This document shows positions 44,301-54,015 of a stretch of DNA of 64,000 nt, piece after piece. How positions within the stretch are numbered: position 1 is the first letter of the stretch; every line of letters begins with the position of its first letter. A program made the translations under genes and the position numbers. The notes beneath the pieces are model-generated. The model ran no database searches. It was given only the letters and a program-made list of their open reading frames with translations, and was not told where the DNA came from. The stretch comes from a virus: the IMG/VR virus record IMGVR_UViG_3300015371_000013, positions 1-64,000 of that record; one strand, 5' to 3'.

Positions 44301-47278
44301 GCGGTTAGGGCAATGTTGGGAGGAACCAGCCACATGGCGACGCCAATACCGGCAATGGCTGCCGTCATAGCGCCCAAGCCTTGGACCAGCTTGAGAATAT
44401 CCATCTCCCCGAAGGCTCTGACCGCCGCGGCAATCGCTGACAGGCCAACCCCCAAAATAACCAGACCGGCTGCCGTGATAGGCAAAGTCGGAGGTATGAG
44501 GACCATGGCATTACCGATCAGAGCGATAGCACTGGCCATGCCGAGAAGACCCTTGACCAAGTCTTCCCAAGACATACTGGCAAATACTTTGACCGCTGCG
44601 GCAATCAGATTGATTCCGATAGCCAGCGGAATAAGCGCCAGGGCCACGGCCATGATCCGAGGTCCACCTACGAGATTCATGGATACGCCAATAGCGGCGA
44701 TGGAACCGGCGACACCTACCATACCCTTGGCAATGTCTTCCCAGCTCATGGTGGCAAATATCTTCATCGCTCCGGCCAAGATGGTGACCGCGATGGCCAG
44801 ACCAATCATGGATCCGGCGATAACCGGAAGCTGGAGAAGACCCAGCTTACCCATTCCGCCCATCATCAACTTCATAGCGCCCATCAATTCGCCCAGACCC
44901 ACGGCTACAGCGGTCATAGCCTTGGCCAACTTATCGCCATCGATGGTCGAGAGAATATAGACACCCGCTGACAAAGCCAGAATGGCGGCAGCGATGGTCA
45001 AGATGGTTTGGGCTTGGACCTTCTTCTGCATAGCTTCGAGATTTCCAGTAAGGCCTTTGAATACCCCACTGATAGAGTCGAGAGTTCCGGTGAGAGAGCC
45101 GATAACCCCCTTATCCCCCAACGCCTTTCTCAAAGTCAAGAGAAGGCCCGCCAGAAGTCCGGTTTGAAGAGCGTCCAACGCCTTTTCGAAGTCAAGATTC
45201 TGAAATACTTCGGCCAAAATATCGCCGAAGCCTTTGAGCTTGTCAACAAAGCTCGAGAAGAACGGTTCAAGAGCTTGCTTGGTCCTCTCAAATGCCCCCA
45301 CCAATTTGGCCCAAGCATCTTTGACTCTGATAACCAGCCGCTCCATCGGAGTGAGCACCTTGCCGAAGAGAAGCAATTCGTGATTGCGCTCACTCAACTT
45401 TGTCGTGTCTTCGCCACCGCCGAACAAGCCACCAATAGCCTGAGCCAGCTTGCCAATGAGCTCCAGCGGTACCTTGAGAACTGACTTTAACCCCTCGAAA
45501 AATCCCTTGAGCAAACCGCCCTTGGTAAGAGCAGTATCCACCGACACCAGAAAATCGCCGATACTGGCGATGAAGCCCAGGAATCCCCCGGAGCCCTTTC
45601 CAACTACCCCAAGAAGATCAAATATGACTCCGACAAATTCCTTGACAATGGTCCAACCGATGTGGACAATGGCGAAGAATCCGGCAAACGCGCGCTTAAT
45701 TTTGTCCGCTGTGTCTTTGCCAATAATCAGATTTCCCATCAACTCCCGGAAGGTCTTGGTTATCTCAGCCAAGTCCTTACCGGTTTGAGCCGGAAATATC
45801 TCTCGAAAGGCATCCTTGATTGGTTTCAGAACGGCGAGGATCGCCGCGAACATGTTCTTCAAGCCCATGAGGAGATCGGTACGACCTCCCAGTTCTTTCC
45901 AATCGCCAAGAACCTTGTTTCGGGCATCTGAAACCCTGCTTATGAACCCATTAACGACATTGCTGACCGTCGTGAACAGAGCTTTGGCTTCGTTGAAATC
46001 GCCGAATATGAGTTGAAACGTTTTCGACCAACCAGAGCCAATCGACTCCCGAGCCACATCAAAGACTTGAGGCAAAGTCTTGACTTCGGTAGCCGCCTTC
46101 TGAGCCGTAGTAGCCGTAGCCTGGATGGCCTTGATCTGCTCAGCGGAGAATCCTTGCGCGGCCAGTTGAGCATCGGTCATATCGCCTGTGAACTGACCCA
46201 GCGTCTTGGTAAGCACGTCTGAAGTCAACCAGGATTGCTCACCTGGCTTGGCCATGATCGAGTCTCGGAAAGACTTCCCGTTGACCGTAGCCTTACCCGT
46301 GGCCTTGTCGATCTTGACCGCGCCTTTCTCAAGCGCGCCCATATTCTCGGCCGTACGCATGAGCGACTGCTGGAATTTAGCGCCACCCATACCCGCGTTG
46401 ACCACCGAGTTCCAGTCCTGCAAACCCACTCGTCCCGAGGCAATGGCCTGAGACAGCTGATACATGGCGGTGGACGCCTGTTGCGAGCTAGCGCCCGACA
46501 ACGCAGCCAAGTTGGCGATACCCTTGATCGACTCGACCGATTTGGGAAGATCGACACCGGCAGCTGTGAAGGTGCCGATGTTCTTGGCCATCTGGCCAAA
46601 GTTGTAAATCGTCTTGTCCGAATATTGATTCAGCGCGCCCAGAGCTTTGTTGGTGGCGCCCAGACCCGAAACCTGTTGGCCCTCAGTATTGGCCATAATG
46701 GTCTGGATCGACTGAAGATTAGTCTGGTACTCCTCAAAGCCCTGTTTGGCCGGACCAAAGGCAAACGACTTGGCGAACGAAGCGCCCTTCGAAACCGCCT
46801 GAGAAGCGATGTTACCCAAAGCTACCGAAGCTGCGCCCTGAAGCACGCTGAACTTCTGGGTAACGTTGTCCAAAGCACTGGTCAGACCCTGAAGTGAGAT
46901 TCGACTCGACGCCTTCTCAATATCCGTGAAAGTCTGCCCAGCATTGAGCTGACCCATCTTGCCCTGCAGTTTGTCCACCGCTCGGGAGGGCCCTTCCAGA
47001 GTGACCTTGTTACCCGCCCGATCAATCTCGCCCAGACCTTGGGCCGCGCCTTCCCCCGAGTGGCCAAGCTTGGCTCGAAGCTTATCCAGCGCCGACATGG
47101 GACCTTGCAGGGTGACCTTGTTGGCCGATTTTTCGATGTTCTCCAGCCCACTGGTCCCACCGACGTTCTTGACCGCCGTATCCAGCTTGGTCAGCGTGGT
47201 CATGGTCTGAGCCACACGCTGCTCGAACACCTGGTTCTCAAACGCGATAGAGACAACGCGCTCATCAATACTTGGCAT
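41363..47278 (-). CDS. Tape measure protein
   Basis: ~1970 aa; LNQYSDKTIYNF, LQDWNSVVNAGMG, LGIHSPS repeats. Confidence 0.95.
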   Translation of the reverse strand: MPSIDERVVSIAFENQVFEQRVAQTMTTLTKLDTAVKNVGGTSGLENIEKSANKVTLQGPMSALDKLRAKLGHSGEGAAQGLGEIDRAGNKVTLEGPSRAVDKLQGKMGQLNAGQTFTDIEKASSRISLQGLTSALDNVTQKFSVLQGAASVALGNIASQAVSKGASFAKSFAFGPAKQGFEEYQTNLQSIQTIMANTEGQQVSGLGATNKALGALNQYSDKTIYNFGQMAKNIGTFTAAGVDLPKSVESIKGIANLAALSGASSQQASTAMYQLSQAIASGRVGLQDWNSVVNAGMGGAKFQQSLMRTAENMGALEKGAVKIDKATGKATVNGKSFRDSIMAKPGEQSWLTSDVLTKTLGQFTGDMTDAQLAAQGFSAEQIKAIQATATTAQKAATEVKTLPQVFDVARESIGSGWSKTFQLIFGDFNEAKALFTTVSNVVNGFISRVSDARNKVLGDWKELGGRTDLLMGLKNMFAAILAVLKPIKDAFREIFPAQTGKDLAEITKTFRELMGNLIIGKDTADKIKRAFAGFFAIVHIGWTIVKEFVGVIFDLLGVVGKGSGGFLGFIASIGDFLVSVDTALTKGGLLKGFFEGLKSVLKVPLELIGKLAQAIGGLFGGGEDTTKLSERNHELLLFGKVLTPMERLVIRVKDAWAKLVGAFERTKQALEPFFSSFVDKLKGFGDILAEVFQNLDFEKALDALQTGLLAGLLLTLRKALGDKGVIGSLTGTLDSISGVFKGLTGNLEAMQKKVQAQTILTIAAAILALSAGVYILSTIDGDKLAKAMTAVAVGLGELMGAMKLMMGGMGKLGLLQLPVIAGSMIGLAIAVTILAGAMKIFATMSWEDIAKGMVGVAGSIAAIGVSMNLVGGPRIMAVALALIPLAIGINLIAAAVKVFASMSWEDLVKGLLGMASAIALIGNAMVLIPPTLPITAAGLVILGVGLSAIAAAVRAFGEMDILKLVQGLGAMTAAIAGIGVAMWLVPPNIALTAAGVLIVSGAMVVLAKAIGILGNLGVDTLVKGLVAMAGALVILAVGLTAMTGTLAGSVALLAASVALALLAPTLAFLGTLDWGTIFKGLAAVALALGTLAVAGLLAGPGLVSLGVALLPLAGVFLLTATAVFIFAKALSLLAGEGGKGIAVMVTALTAFVAAIPTLVITFVKGLLSIVEELTKLSPKVLEALGKMLDFIIKFVTENAPKLAIGIGVLVNSILQVLIENVPKIQAAGMKLLLGLLNGISQNIGQVVTKVGEIVTKFLNALAMQMPKITQAGGNLLFKFLAGVAVQIPRIIALVAKMITLYINSVASHIPKIVASGANLVIKFINSIATQVPRIIAAGTNLILKFMDGIGDAIPRLVQKGLEVARKFLNGIADGLSGLANVGFRAIIRFLNGLEKSIRDNFDDLFSAGAGVADAIIDGLVDQFGKLSGLLKRVLDAVFGKLPGWAKKILGIHSPSSVFMEIGKFTMQGFAKGVDDNAKMVQKSGEQSAVGMIKQIKDILGVHSPSEVMREIGKEVGRGFAQGIHGSASDIRSAFASLRDRLNQDIKTTRDQVKSDKEQLEEELKKRGEERDPKLIAELQASIRQNTANLNKLSEARRVLNRGLKEEKQELIGLSKDYEKVTKKLEAAQQELDRLKGEAESYGKSRFDQYSGTPDIDRLVDDAVAEAELTETARQEKLDEIRKKAEARRRIDQVALYKKALQEQINATIKYNETLQRLRDLGLDDTTYKKLLEKGTSGQEFAEQLLASGKSGVDEINKLNSEMLAQATNISNQAVKELYAAGIQAAQGLVDGLKAKRADLQKEMDNLADMMVRSIKRQLKIKSPSEVFAEIGKFISQGLARGLDSSDAAVAAAQLGKDTLSAISSAITDDIEVDPVITPVLDLSKVQREAKNLDGLTNVTPITAAASFGQAATISAEKARVETTATTQGGQAGPTFEYTQNNYSPEKLSDVEIYRQTKNQLAQVKSALGLVS

Positions 47279-47658
47279 TACTTGGTCACCTCCCTCCACA
47301 TGTCGGCTATGATCTGGTCAAATATAGGCCGCATGGCCGGATTGATGTAATCTATGCCTGTGACGTATCCACCGGTACGGGTAGCATGGCCATACTGGAT
47401 GATCGCAGCAATAGAAATCCTTCCCGGGTCTTCCACGTGGGAGTTGTACCAGTGGATGGCGAAATATCCCTGACGATTGACGGTTTCGTAATACCATGCC
47501 GCTGCGGTTCCCCCACTTTCTACGGGGGTAGCCGCACTCAAAGCCGCTACGCCTATGGGTCCATACTTCTCCAAGACTTTGAACTGTTCCCGATTGACCA
47601 TACGCTGCAAAAATGCTTGCGACTTGGCAAAGGAGCCGCGGCTCGTCACCTTGATCAC
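47278..47658 (-). CDS. HK97 gp10-like tail completion protein
   Basis: GV.AL..ATP..SG.TA, IA.IIQYGH.T..GGYV.G.DYINPA. Confidence 0.7.
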   Translation of the reverse strand: MIKVTSRGSFAKSQAFLQRMVNREQFKVLEKYGPIGVAALSAATPVESGGTAAAWYYETVNRQGYFAIHWYNSHVEDPGRISIAAIIQYGHATRTGGYVTGIDYINPAMRPIFDQIIADMWREVTK

Positions 47659-47671
47659 GGCTCCTCCTCTC

Positions 47672-49054
47672 TCAGATAGGCTTGGTAAGACGCATCACCA
47701 CATGGCCGTTTGGATTATAACCTGCGGCCCTAGACCCATAGGGGTACTTTCTAAGCGCTCTTACTCCGCCGCCGCCTCCGGCTACATACTTCGACGTAGT
47801 TACGCTTGTAGATTCGCTTTGAAGTTCGCCTGTATTAATATTGTAGGTACGCTTTATACGAACCCAGTAGGACCAAATCTCTCCTCTTCCGTATACTGAA
47901 GTGTCAGCATAAGACATGGTTCCTCGTCCACCGCTGGTGGCATCTCGCGTCGGATCTACTCCCGTGGCAACAGCTCCGCCTCGGCCACCTCCGCCGCCTT
48001 TACCGATCCCATTGATCCAGGTGCCCTCTTTACCAGGATTGTAGTCGGTACTTCCTGCCGCTCCTCCTCCGGCTGGAAGTCGACCCCCAACGCCCCCATC
48101 TCCTCCAGAGCCATCGATCTTCTTTACTCCTCCCTCCCAAATAAAGGCAGGTTTTCCACCCCTACCTCCTGAAGCTAGACAAATATTCCCAGCAAACGAC
48201 GTAGAACCTCCGTCTTCTCCTGGCTGCGGCGGCATAAATTGAGGTAGCGGTTCCACGAAGCTATATTGCCATTTGGATACGATATGAGACACCTCTACCA
48301 ATCTTCTTGCGTAGCCGCTTCCGTAAAGCGTGTCCAAATCTCCAACTTTATCTTCCTTCGGCGGCATCCATAAACCGTTAGCCCGTTGCTGTCCAGGCGC
48401 CGCATCCTTCCCGGCCTTTCCTATAACGATGGGAGAAAAATCCGGAAGAATAGAAAGCTCTCCACTCACCACATGGGTTCCGCCGCCTCCGCCTCCGCCT
48501 CCGAGACCAAACCGCAAAGGTATGTAAGGAGATGCGGTATCAAGTTCTTCTTCAAGAATCGGATCTACTTTGTAGGTTATCGATTGGATGGGATTGCGAT
48601 TTGGATACAAACGGTCTGCCCAATGCACCCAATAATCAGTAGCCCCATAGGGAAACAGATCAGGCCTTCCCGGATACCAACCTGGAGTATCGATCATACG
48701 TCCGTTTTCATGCCACCAGATTCCGTTGTAGCTCTCAAACTGGGACCCAGACTCCCATATAAGAACATCTTGTTCTTTGTAGGCATCCCAAACATTGACA
48801 GGCATAGTAGGATTGGTCTGAGAATCCATCTCGATCCATTGTGGTCGTCCGGGGGACCCTCCACGACCCCCAGCCGCTCCCACACACCAGACTTCGAAAT
48901 GAGTAAACCCCAGATTGGTCCACCATTCCTTGTCAAATATGTCTCCATCCTCGAACTCGATAACCGTGGAAGGCAATTCTCCTAACAGGCTGGGATCGGG
49001 AAGCGCCAGAATAGGAATCGGATCGCCTTTTCCTCCTAACTCAATCCGGGTCAT
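47672..49054 (-). CDS. Glycine-rich minor tail protein
   Basis: VWCVGAAGG, several poly-G motifs, G.VV.R at the end. Confidence 0.7.
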   Translation of the reverse strand: MTRIELGGKGDPIPILALPDPSLLGELPSTVIEFEDGDIFDKEWWTNLGFTHFEVWCVGAAGGRGGSPGRPQWIEMDSQTNPTMPVNVWDAYKEQDVLIWESGSQFESYNGIWWHENGRMIDTPGWYPGRPDLFPYGATDYWVHWADRLYPNRNPIQSITYKVDPILEEELDTASPYIPLRFGLGGGGGGGGTHVVSGELSILPDFSPIVIGKAGKDAAPGQQRANGLWMPPKEDKVGDLDTLYGSGYARRLVEVSHIVSKWQYSFVEPLPQFMPPQPGEDGGSTSFAGNICLASGGRGGKPAFIWEGGVKKIDGSGGDGGVGGRLPAGGGAAGSTDYNPGKEGTWINGIGKGGGGGRGGAVATGVDPTRDATSGGRGTMSYADTSVYGRGEIWSYWVRIKRTYNINTGELQSESTSVTTSKYVAGGGGGVRALRKYPYGSRAAGYNPNGHVVMRLTKPI

Positions 49055-49689
49055 ACGTCCACCATGTTCAAGAGATCAACCAGAGAGGGAAGAGAGGGGT
49101 TCGTCGTAGAAGAACCATAGAGAAGCTTTTCAAGCGTATTAAGCATAGTGGAATCAATTCGGCGTGAATCCAGAGAAATATGGCTGGTAGGACGAATGCC
49201 GAACATTTGCGCAGGAGTTCCGGAGATCGTCCACTCAAAGGTCTGAGGATCTATCGATTCGGCATTGGTGCTGTAAGTGACGTCGCCTGGAATAGCCAAC
49301 AAGTTGTAGAGAATATGAACCTTGTAGGCGTGATCCAGACCTTCCAAATCGTTACCAACCAAAGTCCGGTAAGAAAGATTGAACAGCTTTGGAGAGCGTT
49401 GATCGTGAACGAAGACCCCCGGAACAAATTCCTGAGTCCCGCCCAGCTCATCCATCTCGTCCGGGTAGGTGAAGGCCGAGAGTTTTGCCGAATACGATCC
49501 CGGAACATGATGATCGAGAAACTTGACACCATCGATAAAATATGACTTGACCTCACGGCTGACTGTCTCGTTGACCGAGATCAATCCGTTCCAAGGTACG
49601 GCAATCCCATTGGGCGGATACAGGACGCCGCGATCGACGCCTGTCTCGTAGCGACGTTCACCCGCTTGGTCCCAGACCAGTGCAGTCAT
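49051..49689 (-). CDS. Major-tail-like paralog
   Basis: WDQ.GER.YETGVDRGVLY...WNGL...AFTYPDE shared with 50393..51274. Confidence 0.8.
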   Translation of the reverse strand: MTALVWDQAGERRYETGVDRGVLYPPNGIAVPWNGLISVNETVSREVKSYFIDGVKFLDHHVPGSYSAKLSAFTYPDEMDELGGTQEFVPGVFVHDQRSPKLFNLSYRTLVGNDLEGLDHAYKVHILYNLLAIPGDVTYSTNAESIDPQTFEWTISGTPAQMFGIRPTSHISLDSRRIDSTMLNTLEKLLYGSSTTNPSLPSLVDLLNMVDV

Positions 49690-49701
49690 ACGGCCTCCTT
49701 T

Positions 49702-50244
49702 CTATCCTCTTGTCCCCAACTGCGCTTTACGCTGGGCGTTGAGTTCTCGGTTACGAGCTGCAACCTCAGCCCGACTCATCTTCTTGGGCTTAGCCTGTTT
49801 GACATTGCAGATTCGGATGAGGGTGAATAAACGATTGAGATGCCAGGTTTCACATTCGAAGGGAATCTGAAACACGGTCATCCAGTAGTAAACCAACTCT
49901 GAGGTAATGACCTCACGTGATCGAGGCGCTCCCGGTTGATCTGAAAACCAAGTAGCCGTCATCTTACGCTCAATGTAGGCGTTAATAGTTTCCAGATTCT
50001 CTTTAGAAAGCCTCTGGAGAAAATCCCCCGGAGGATCTTGACCTAACACCATACAGCGAATGTAGGCCAGCGTCTCTTCCAGAGTTTTAGTGTCTTTGCC
50101 CAAAAACGGCTTTTCGAATTCCGACTCCCATTTTGAAAGAGAGACCAGAGAATGCTCCAGATCCAAGGTGATGTCGCCAATAGAAACGAATTGTTCTAGC
50201 TTTTCGTCGTAGGATTCAACCCCTGAAACTGTGATAGTGAGCAT
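49702..50244 (-). CDS. Conserved tail-region protein (tail assembly chaperone-like)
   Basis: LEHSLVSLSKWES..KPFL, ITSEL.YYWM, WHLNRL. Confidence 0.7.
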   Translation of the reverse strand: MLTITVSGVESYDEKLEQFVSIGDITLDLEHSLVSLSKWESEFEKPFLGKDTKTLEETLAYIRCMVLGQDPPGDFLQRLSKENLETINAYIERKMTATWFSDQPGAPRSREVITSELVYYWMTVFQIPFECETWHLNRLFTLIRICNVKQAKPKKMSRAEVAARNRELNAQRKAQLGTRG

Positions 50245-50267
50245 TCTCCGGTCCTCTCTTTAACTTT

Positions 50268-50390
50268 TTGGCGCGCGCGGTGGCCCGGTTACGAAATCTC
50301 CCACCGAATTACGAGCGATCCCGGAGAGTAAGAGGATCATAGTGCTCAACGGCGCCCCGCGACCCTTACCTGGGAGTCACGACCGCGCAC
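50268..50390 (-). ncRNA. Candidate structured RNA downstream of the major tail gene
   Basis: 9-bp terminal stem followed by GCCA; internal hairpins with loop-loop complementarity. Confidence 0.5.
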
Positions 50391-50392
50391 TC

Positions 50393-51274
50393 CTAGTAGT
50401 CGAACGTCCAGGTGTCGTCGCCTTCGAGGTTGTAACCTGACTGGGCCACGGCCTGAACCTCGGCAGTCTGCCCAGCAGTAAGGGGAGGCTGGGCACCCGA
50501 AGGCTTGTTGACCCCATTGACCTTCCACTGGACCCCGGTGACGGCCGGGAGGGTCACGACATGGGTACCGGCGCTGTAGGTCGGCTGATTGGCTGCGGTA
50601 CCCAGATCGACGTCGACCACCCCGGCCCCGAAGATGGAAACGACCTCGTCAGGGCCGGGCAGCCGGGCATCGTCACCCACCGTTCCGAACAAAATGTCCT
50701 CGAGCGTCTGGAGATCAGTGGCATCCGACTTGGTGGAATCGACGGTGATGACTGACGTCGGCCTTCCGGTTCCGTAGGTGACAGGGGTAGTCGTAAACTC
50801 CCACGAAAATGCGATGGCCTCGGGCGAATCGTTGACTGTGGCGTAGGCCTTCTCTGACGGCGAGGCCTGCGCTCCGTAGATGAGATGCAGCTTGTAGCCG
50901 TACTCTTGGCCTTCGGAATCGTTGCCCACGAGGGTGCGATAGACCAAACCGAAGGGACGACGTCCCTGCTGACCGAAAGACACACCCGGAGCAGGCGCAT
51001 TCGTACCGTCGTTTTGTCCGAACTCGTCCGGATAGGTAAAGGCCTCGATCGTACCGCCGAACTCCTCGGCCGAGATGAGGTTCACGTAGATGATGTTGTC
51101 TGCGTACTGCTTGTTCGATTCGGCGCCCGACGGCGACTCGGTGACGGTTGTGAGACCGTTCCACGGGACGCCATCGACGTACTCACCGTTCGCGTCGAGT
51201 TGGTAAAGGACTCCGCGATCGACGCCCGTCTCGTAGAAACGCTCGCCGACCTGGTCCCACTGCAGGACTGTCAT
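50393..51274 (-). CDS. Major tail protein
   Basis: YADNI.Y, IEAFTYPDEF, GYKLHLIYGA.ASPSEK.Y.TVNDSPEA. Confidence 0.9.
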   Translation of the reverse strand: MTVLQWDQVGERFYETGVDRGVLYQLDANGEYVDGVPWNGLTTVTESPSGAESNKQYADNIIYVNLISAEEFGGTIEAFTYPDEFGQNDGTNAPAPGVSFGQQGRRPFGLVYRTLVGNDSEGQEYGYKLHLIYGAQASPSEKAYATVNDSPEAIAFSWEFTTTPVTYGTGRPTSVITVDSTKSDATDLQTLEDILFGTVGDDARLPGPDEVVSIFGAGVVDVDLGTAANQPTYSAGTHVVTLPAVTGVQWKVNGVNKPSGAQPPLTAGQTAEVQAVAQSGYNLEGDDTWTFDY

Positions 51275-51292
51275 TACTGAAGGGCTCCTTTT

Positions 51293-51592
51293 CTAAAAGA
51301 AGATGTTGAAGACGTAGTGGTTGAGATCGTCGGCTGCGAAAGCTCGTTCGAAACTTGAATATTGCAGCGCCTCGATCTGATCTGCGAGCTCGGTGTCGGG
51401 GTCTCGATCAACCACCGTAACCTGATACCGCTTGGCGTGTCGATACAGTCTGTTGTTCGCATGATCCGTCGAAGTTCCATCCCGTACATAGATGATGCAC
51501 GGATACTCCATATGGATACTCGCCGGAGGCTGAAAATATACGTTCTCGGTCACCTCTTGAAGAAGTGACTGAAGCTCAAGCCGTGGGGCCAT
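51293..51592 (-). CDS. Tail terminator
   Basis: NVYFQPP...YPCI.Y, Y.VTV.D.DPD, DDLNH.VF. Confidence 0.75.
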   Translation of the reverse strand: MAPRLELQSLLQEVTENVYFQPPASIHMEYPCIIYVRDGTSTDHANNRLYRHAKRYQVTVVDRDPDTELADQIEALQYSSFERAFAADDLNHYVFNIFF

Positions 51593-51899
51593 TGTACACC
51601 TCCCCCAACTGGAGGATAAGACGGGGGAGTTGGACTTCGACATCATTTACAGTCCAAAGCTCCCCCGCCCATTCCACGTATCGAATGGCGAAGAAATTGC
51701 CACGCGCATAAGCGTTGGCCACGATACTGATCGAAATGCCGACAGAGACATCTTTGTTCAGATTCTCTTCTTGTCGGAGAATCCTCCTATTTTGAACAAT
51801 GTCGCCATAGTAGGTATACTCCACAATGTTATCGGCAAACACACCCGGCGATCCTTCAACAGATTCACCGAACCCGATCCGACCGTGAAACTTCGCCAT
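51576..51899 (-). CDS. Head-tail connector (stopper)
   Basis: MAKFHG.IGF, YYGD, ISIVA, IRYVEW.G..W.V..VEV..PRLIL. Confidence 0.75.
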   Translation of the reverse strand: MAKFHGRIGFGESVEGSPGVFADNIVEYTYYGDIVQNRRILRQEENLNKDVSVGISISIVANAYARGNFFAIRYVEWAGELWTVNDVEVQLPRLILQLGEVYNGPTA

Positions 51900-51914
51900 G
51901 GTCAGATCAGCGAA

Positions 51915-53978
51915 CTAGGAGCCTGCCGTGCCGCGGAAGGTCCACTCGTCTTCGACATTGTTCTCGAAGAAGTATCCTGCGTTGGAGACAGCGTAGATCG
52001 TGAGGTCCACGCCTTCGTCGACGGTGTACGGCGAGCCCGATGCCGTCACAGCCGCGTTGGTATCGCCGCGACGGTAGGTGACACCGGTGGTGTCGACGAT
52101 CGAGAACGTCGAGTTGTCGGGGTCGAAGGTCGGCTCCTTGGGAGTGACCTTGGTGGCGCCCGCCGCAGCCTGCTTGATCACCAGGGCCGATCGGATCTTG
52201 GTGAGGGCTCCGGACGACCGGGCCTCGATCAGGTACTTGTACTGGTTGTAGTCGATGTCGAAGTCGTCGAAGAACGACACCTCGCCACCGCGATCGGCAC
52301 CGACCGTATAGTCCTGGAGGTTGACGATGATCCCGACCAGCTCGGGCTCGTCCTCCATGACCTCCACGGGCACGACCGAGGACACCCCCAGCTCGGAGGC
52401 CAGCTCGGACCCCGTCCGGTAGTAGCGACGTCCCTGGGAGTCACGGGCCAGGAGCATCTGGGTCATCACGGGCAGCGTGGTGTAGAACGTCGGCAGCCCG
52501 GAGCCCTTGTAGAAGCGCATGGACTCGAGAATCTTGTCCACGAGGTCCGTCTTGCGCAGGTCGCCATCGACGTCGACCATGATGGTGGCCGCATAGAGAT
52601 CGTCGTCGTTGAGGATCGAGCGAATGCCCGCCCCGTCCGTGGCCCCCTTGGGATCGCGGATCTTGTCCTCGTCGTCGACATCGCGACCGTCACCGATGAG
52701 AATGGCTCGCGCCAGCTCCTCGTCGAGCATGAGACGCATCTCGGCCTTCAGCCACAGCACGACGTCGAAGTCGGTGATGTCGATGATGTCGTCACGGTCG
52801 AGTCGTTGCTTCTTGTAGATCGTGCTCGGCGTGGTGACCCGCTTCATCAGGCCGAAGAACTCCTCCTTCTTCAGCGTGCCCTTGATGTATCCTCGGGCCC
52901 GGGCCTCGGCGTGGGTGATGTCCGCCGTGAGCGACTTGATCCGAGAGAACGGGCTCTTGCGCACGCCCGAGAGAACCGCTGCGACCCACTCGTTGCGACG
53001 CCTGTCGAACTCGGGGGTGTCGGTAATGGTTCGCGCATCCGGGAACAGGGTGTCGATGTTCTCGATGCCATGCTTGAAGGCGTAGTCCTCCACCGCCTCC
53101 TTCAGCGAGCCACGCTTGACGGCGTCCGCGGCGATGCCACGCATGGCGTCGTGGGAAAGCACGGTCCGGGGACCGCCATTGCCGTTGGAGGCGGCTTCGC
53201 TCGCCTTTTCGAAGACGTTGCGTCCGCTCATCTCGTTCTCGTCCTTGTCCTCGTGGGTGACGCCCTCCTCTTCGGAGGCGCTGGTTTCGGTGCTGGTTTC
53301 AGAAGTTGCGACACTCTCCAGAGCCGCGCCCACCATGTAGTGGACGACTTGCTGCTGATCTTCGGTCATCGACTCGTAGACATCCTGAACGGTCACATCG
53401 TCGTCATCCGACGAAGTCTCCGTCTCGGTCGTCTCGGTCGTCTCGGAGTTGTCGGCATGCTCGAGTTCGAGACCGGTGTAGATGATCGCTTCGTCAGAAA
53501 CGATGTCGACCTCTCCGTCAGCATGCGCGATCTCGATGTTGTCGATCAGAGCTCCGGGATTGGCTCCGGCCAGGACGAGTGAGAGCTCGCGAATGATCCC
53601 GTGAGAAACCTGCTTGGCCTTCTCGACGAGCGAATTAGCGAAGATCGACAGCGCGTTGATATCCTCGTGCTGCACCAACGTCTTCGCGTTCTTGCCCTGG
53701 GTTGTTTCGTTGAAGAACCCGTAGCAATATGTACCCTCGTTCTTGTGCTCGAGAACCGCGTGGCCCAGAACGTTTTCGGGTGAGTTGTGACCGTGCTGCC
53801 AAACCAGCGGAACCCGCTCGCCATCTTGGTGCTGAAAAGCGCCGCTGAGGATGGTTCGTCCGTCCGAGCACCTCAGGCCATACTTCGTAGCCCAGCCACT
53901 GAAATCAGGGACCGAGTGCATCAAGCTGTTCTCCGGCGAAGAGTCACCGAAGACCAGTCGGCGGGACTTTGCTCCCAT
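51915..53978 (-). CDS. Prohead protease-scaffold-major capsid fusion
   Basis: DFSGWATK...CSDGRTI, VPLVWQH, ELSLVLAGANPGA; acidic linker; SPFSRIK, LDEELARAILIGDGR, FDDFDIDYNQ. Confidence 0.9.
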   Translation of the reverse strand: MGAKSRRLVFGDSSPENSLMHSVPDFSGWATKYGLRCSDGRTILSGAFQHQDGERVPLVWQHGHNSPENVLGHAVLEHKNEGTYCYGFFNETTQGKNAKTLVQHEDINALSIFANSLVEKAKQVSHGIIRELSLVLAGANPGALIDNIEIAHADGEVDIVSDEAIIYTGLELEHADNSETTETTETETSSDDDDVTVQDVYESMTEDQQQVVHYMVGAALESVATSETSTETSASEEEGVTHEDKDENEMSGRNVFEKASEAASNGNGGPRTVLSHDAMRGIAADAVKRGSLKEAVEDYAFKHGIENIDTLFPDARTITDTPEFDRRRNEWVAAVLSGVRKSPFSRIKSLTADITHAEARARGYIKGTLKKEEFFGLMKRVTTPSTIYKKQRLDRDDIIDITDFDVVLWLKAEMRLMLDEELARAILIGDGRDVDDEDKIRDPKGATDGAGIRSILNDDDLYAATIMVDVDGDLRKTDLVDKILESMRFYKGSGLPTFYTTLPVMTQMLLARDSQGRRYYRTGSELASELGVSSVVPVEVMEDEPELVGIIVNLQDYTVGADRGGEVSFFDDFDIDYNQYKYLIEARSSGALTKIRSALVIKQAAAGATKVTPKEPTFDPDNSTFSIVDTTGVTYRRGDTNAAVTASGSPYTVDEGVDLTIYAVSNAGYFFENNVEDEWTFRGTAGS

Positions 53979-54015
53979 TTTGACTGTTCCTTTCGTCATT
54001 TGGATCTTCGGCGCT

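Noticed and set aside
49702-50244. Tail chaperone programmed frameshift
   Set aside because: No convincing slippery heptamer leading into a long alternative frame; the next gene has its own RBS
43569-53582. Long plus-strand ORFs (43569..44960, 51630..53582 and similar)
   Set aside because: Antisense shadows of high-GC3 tape measure and capsid genes; no RBS or recognisable motifs
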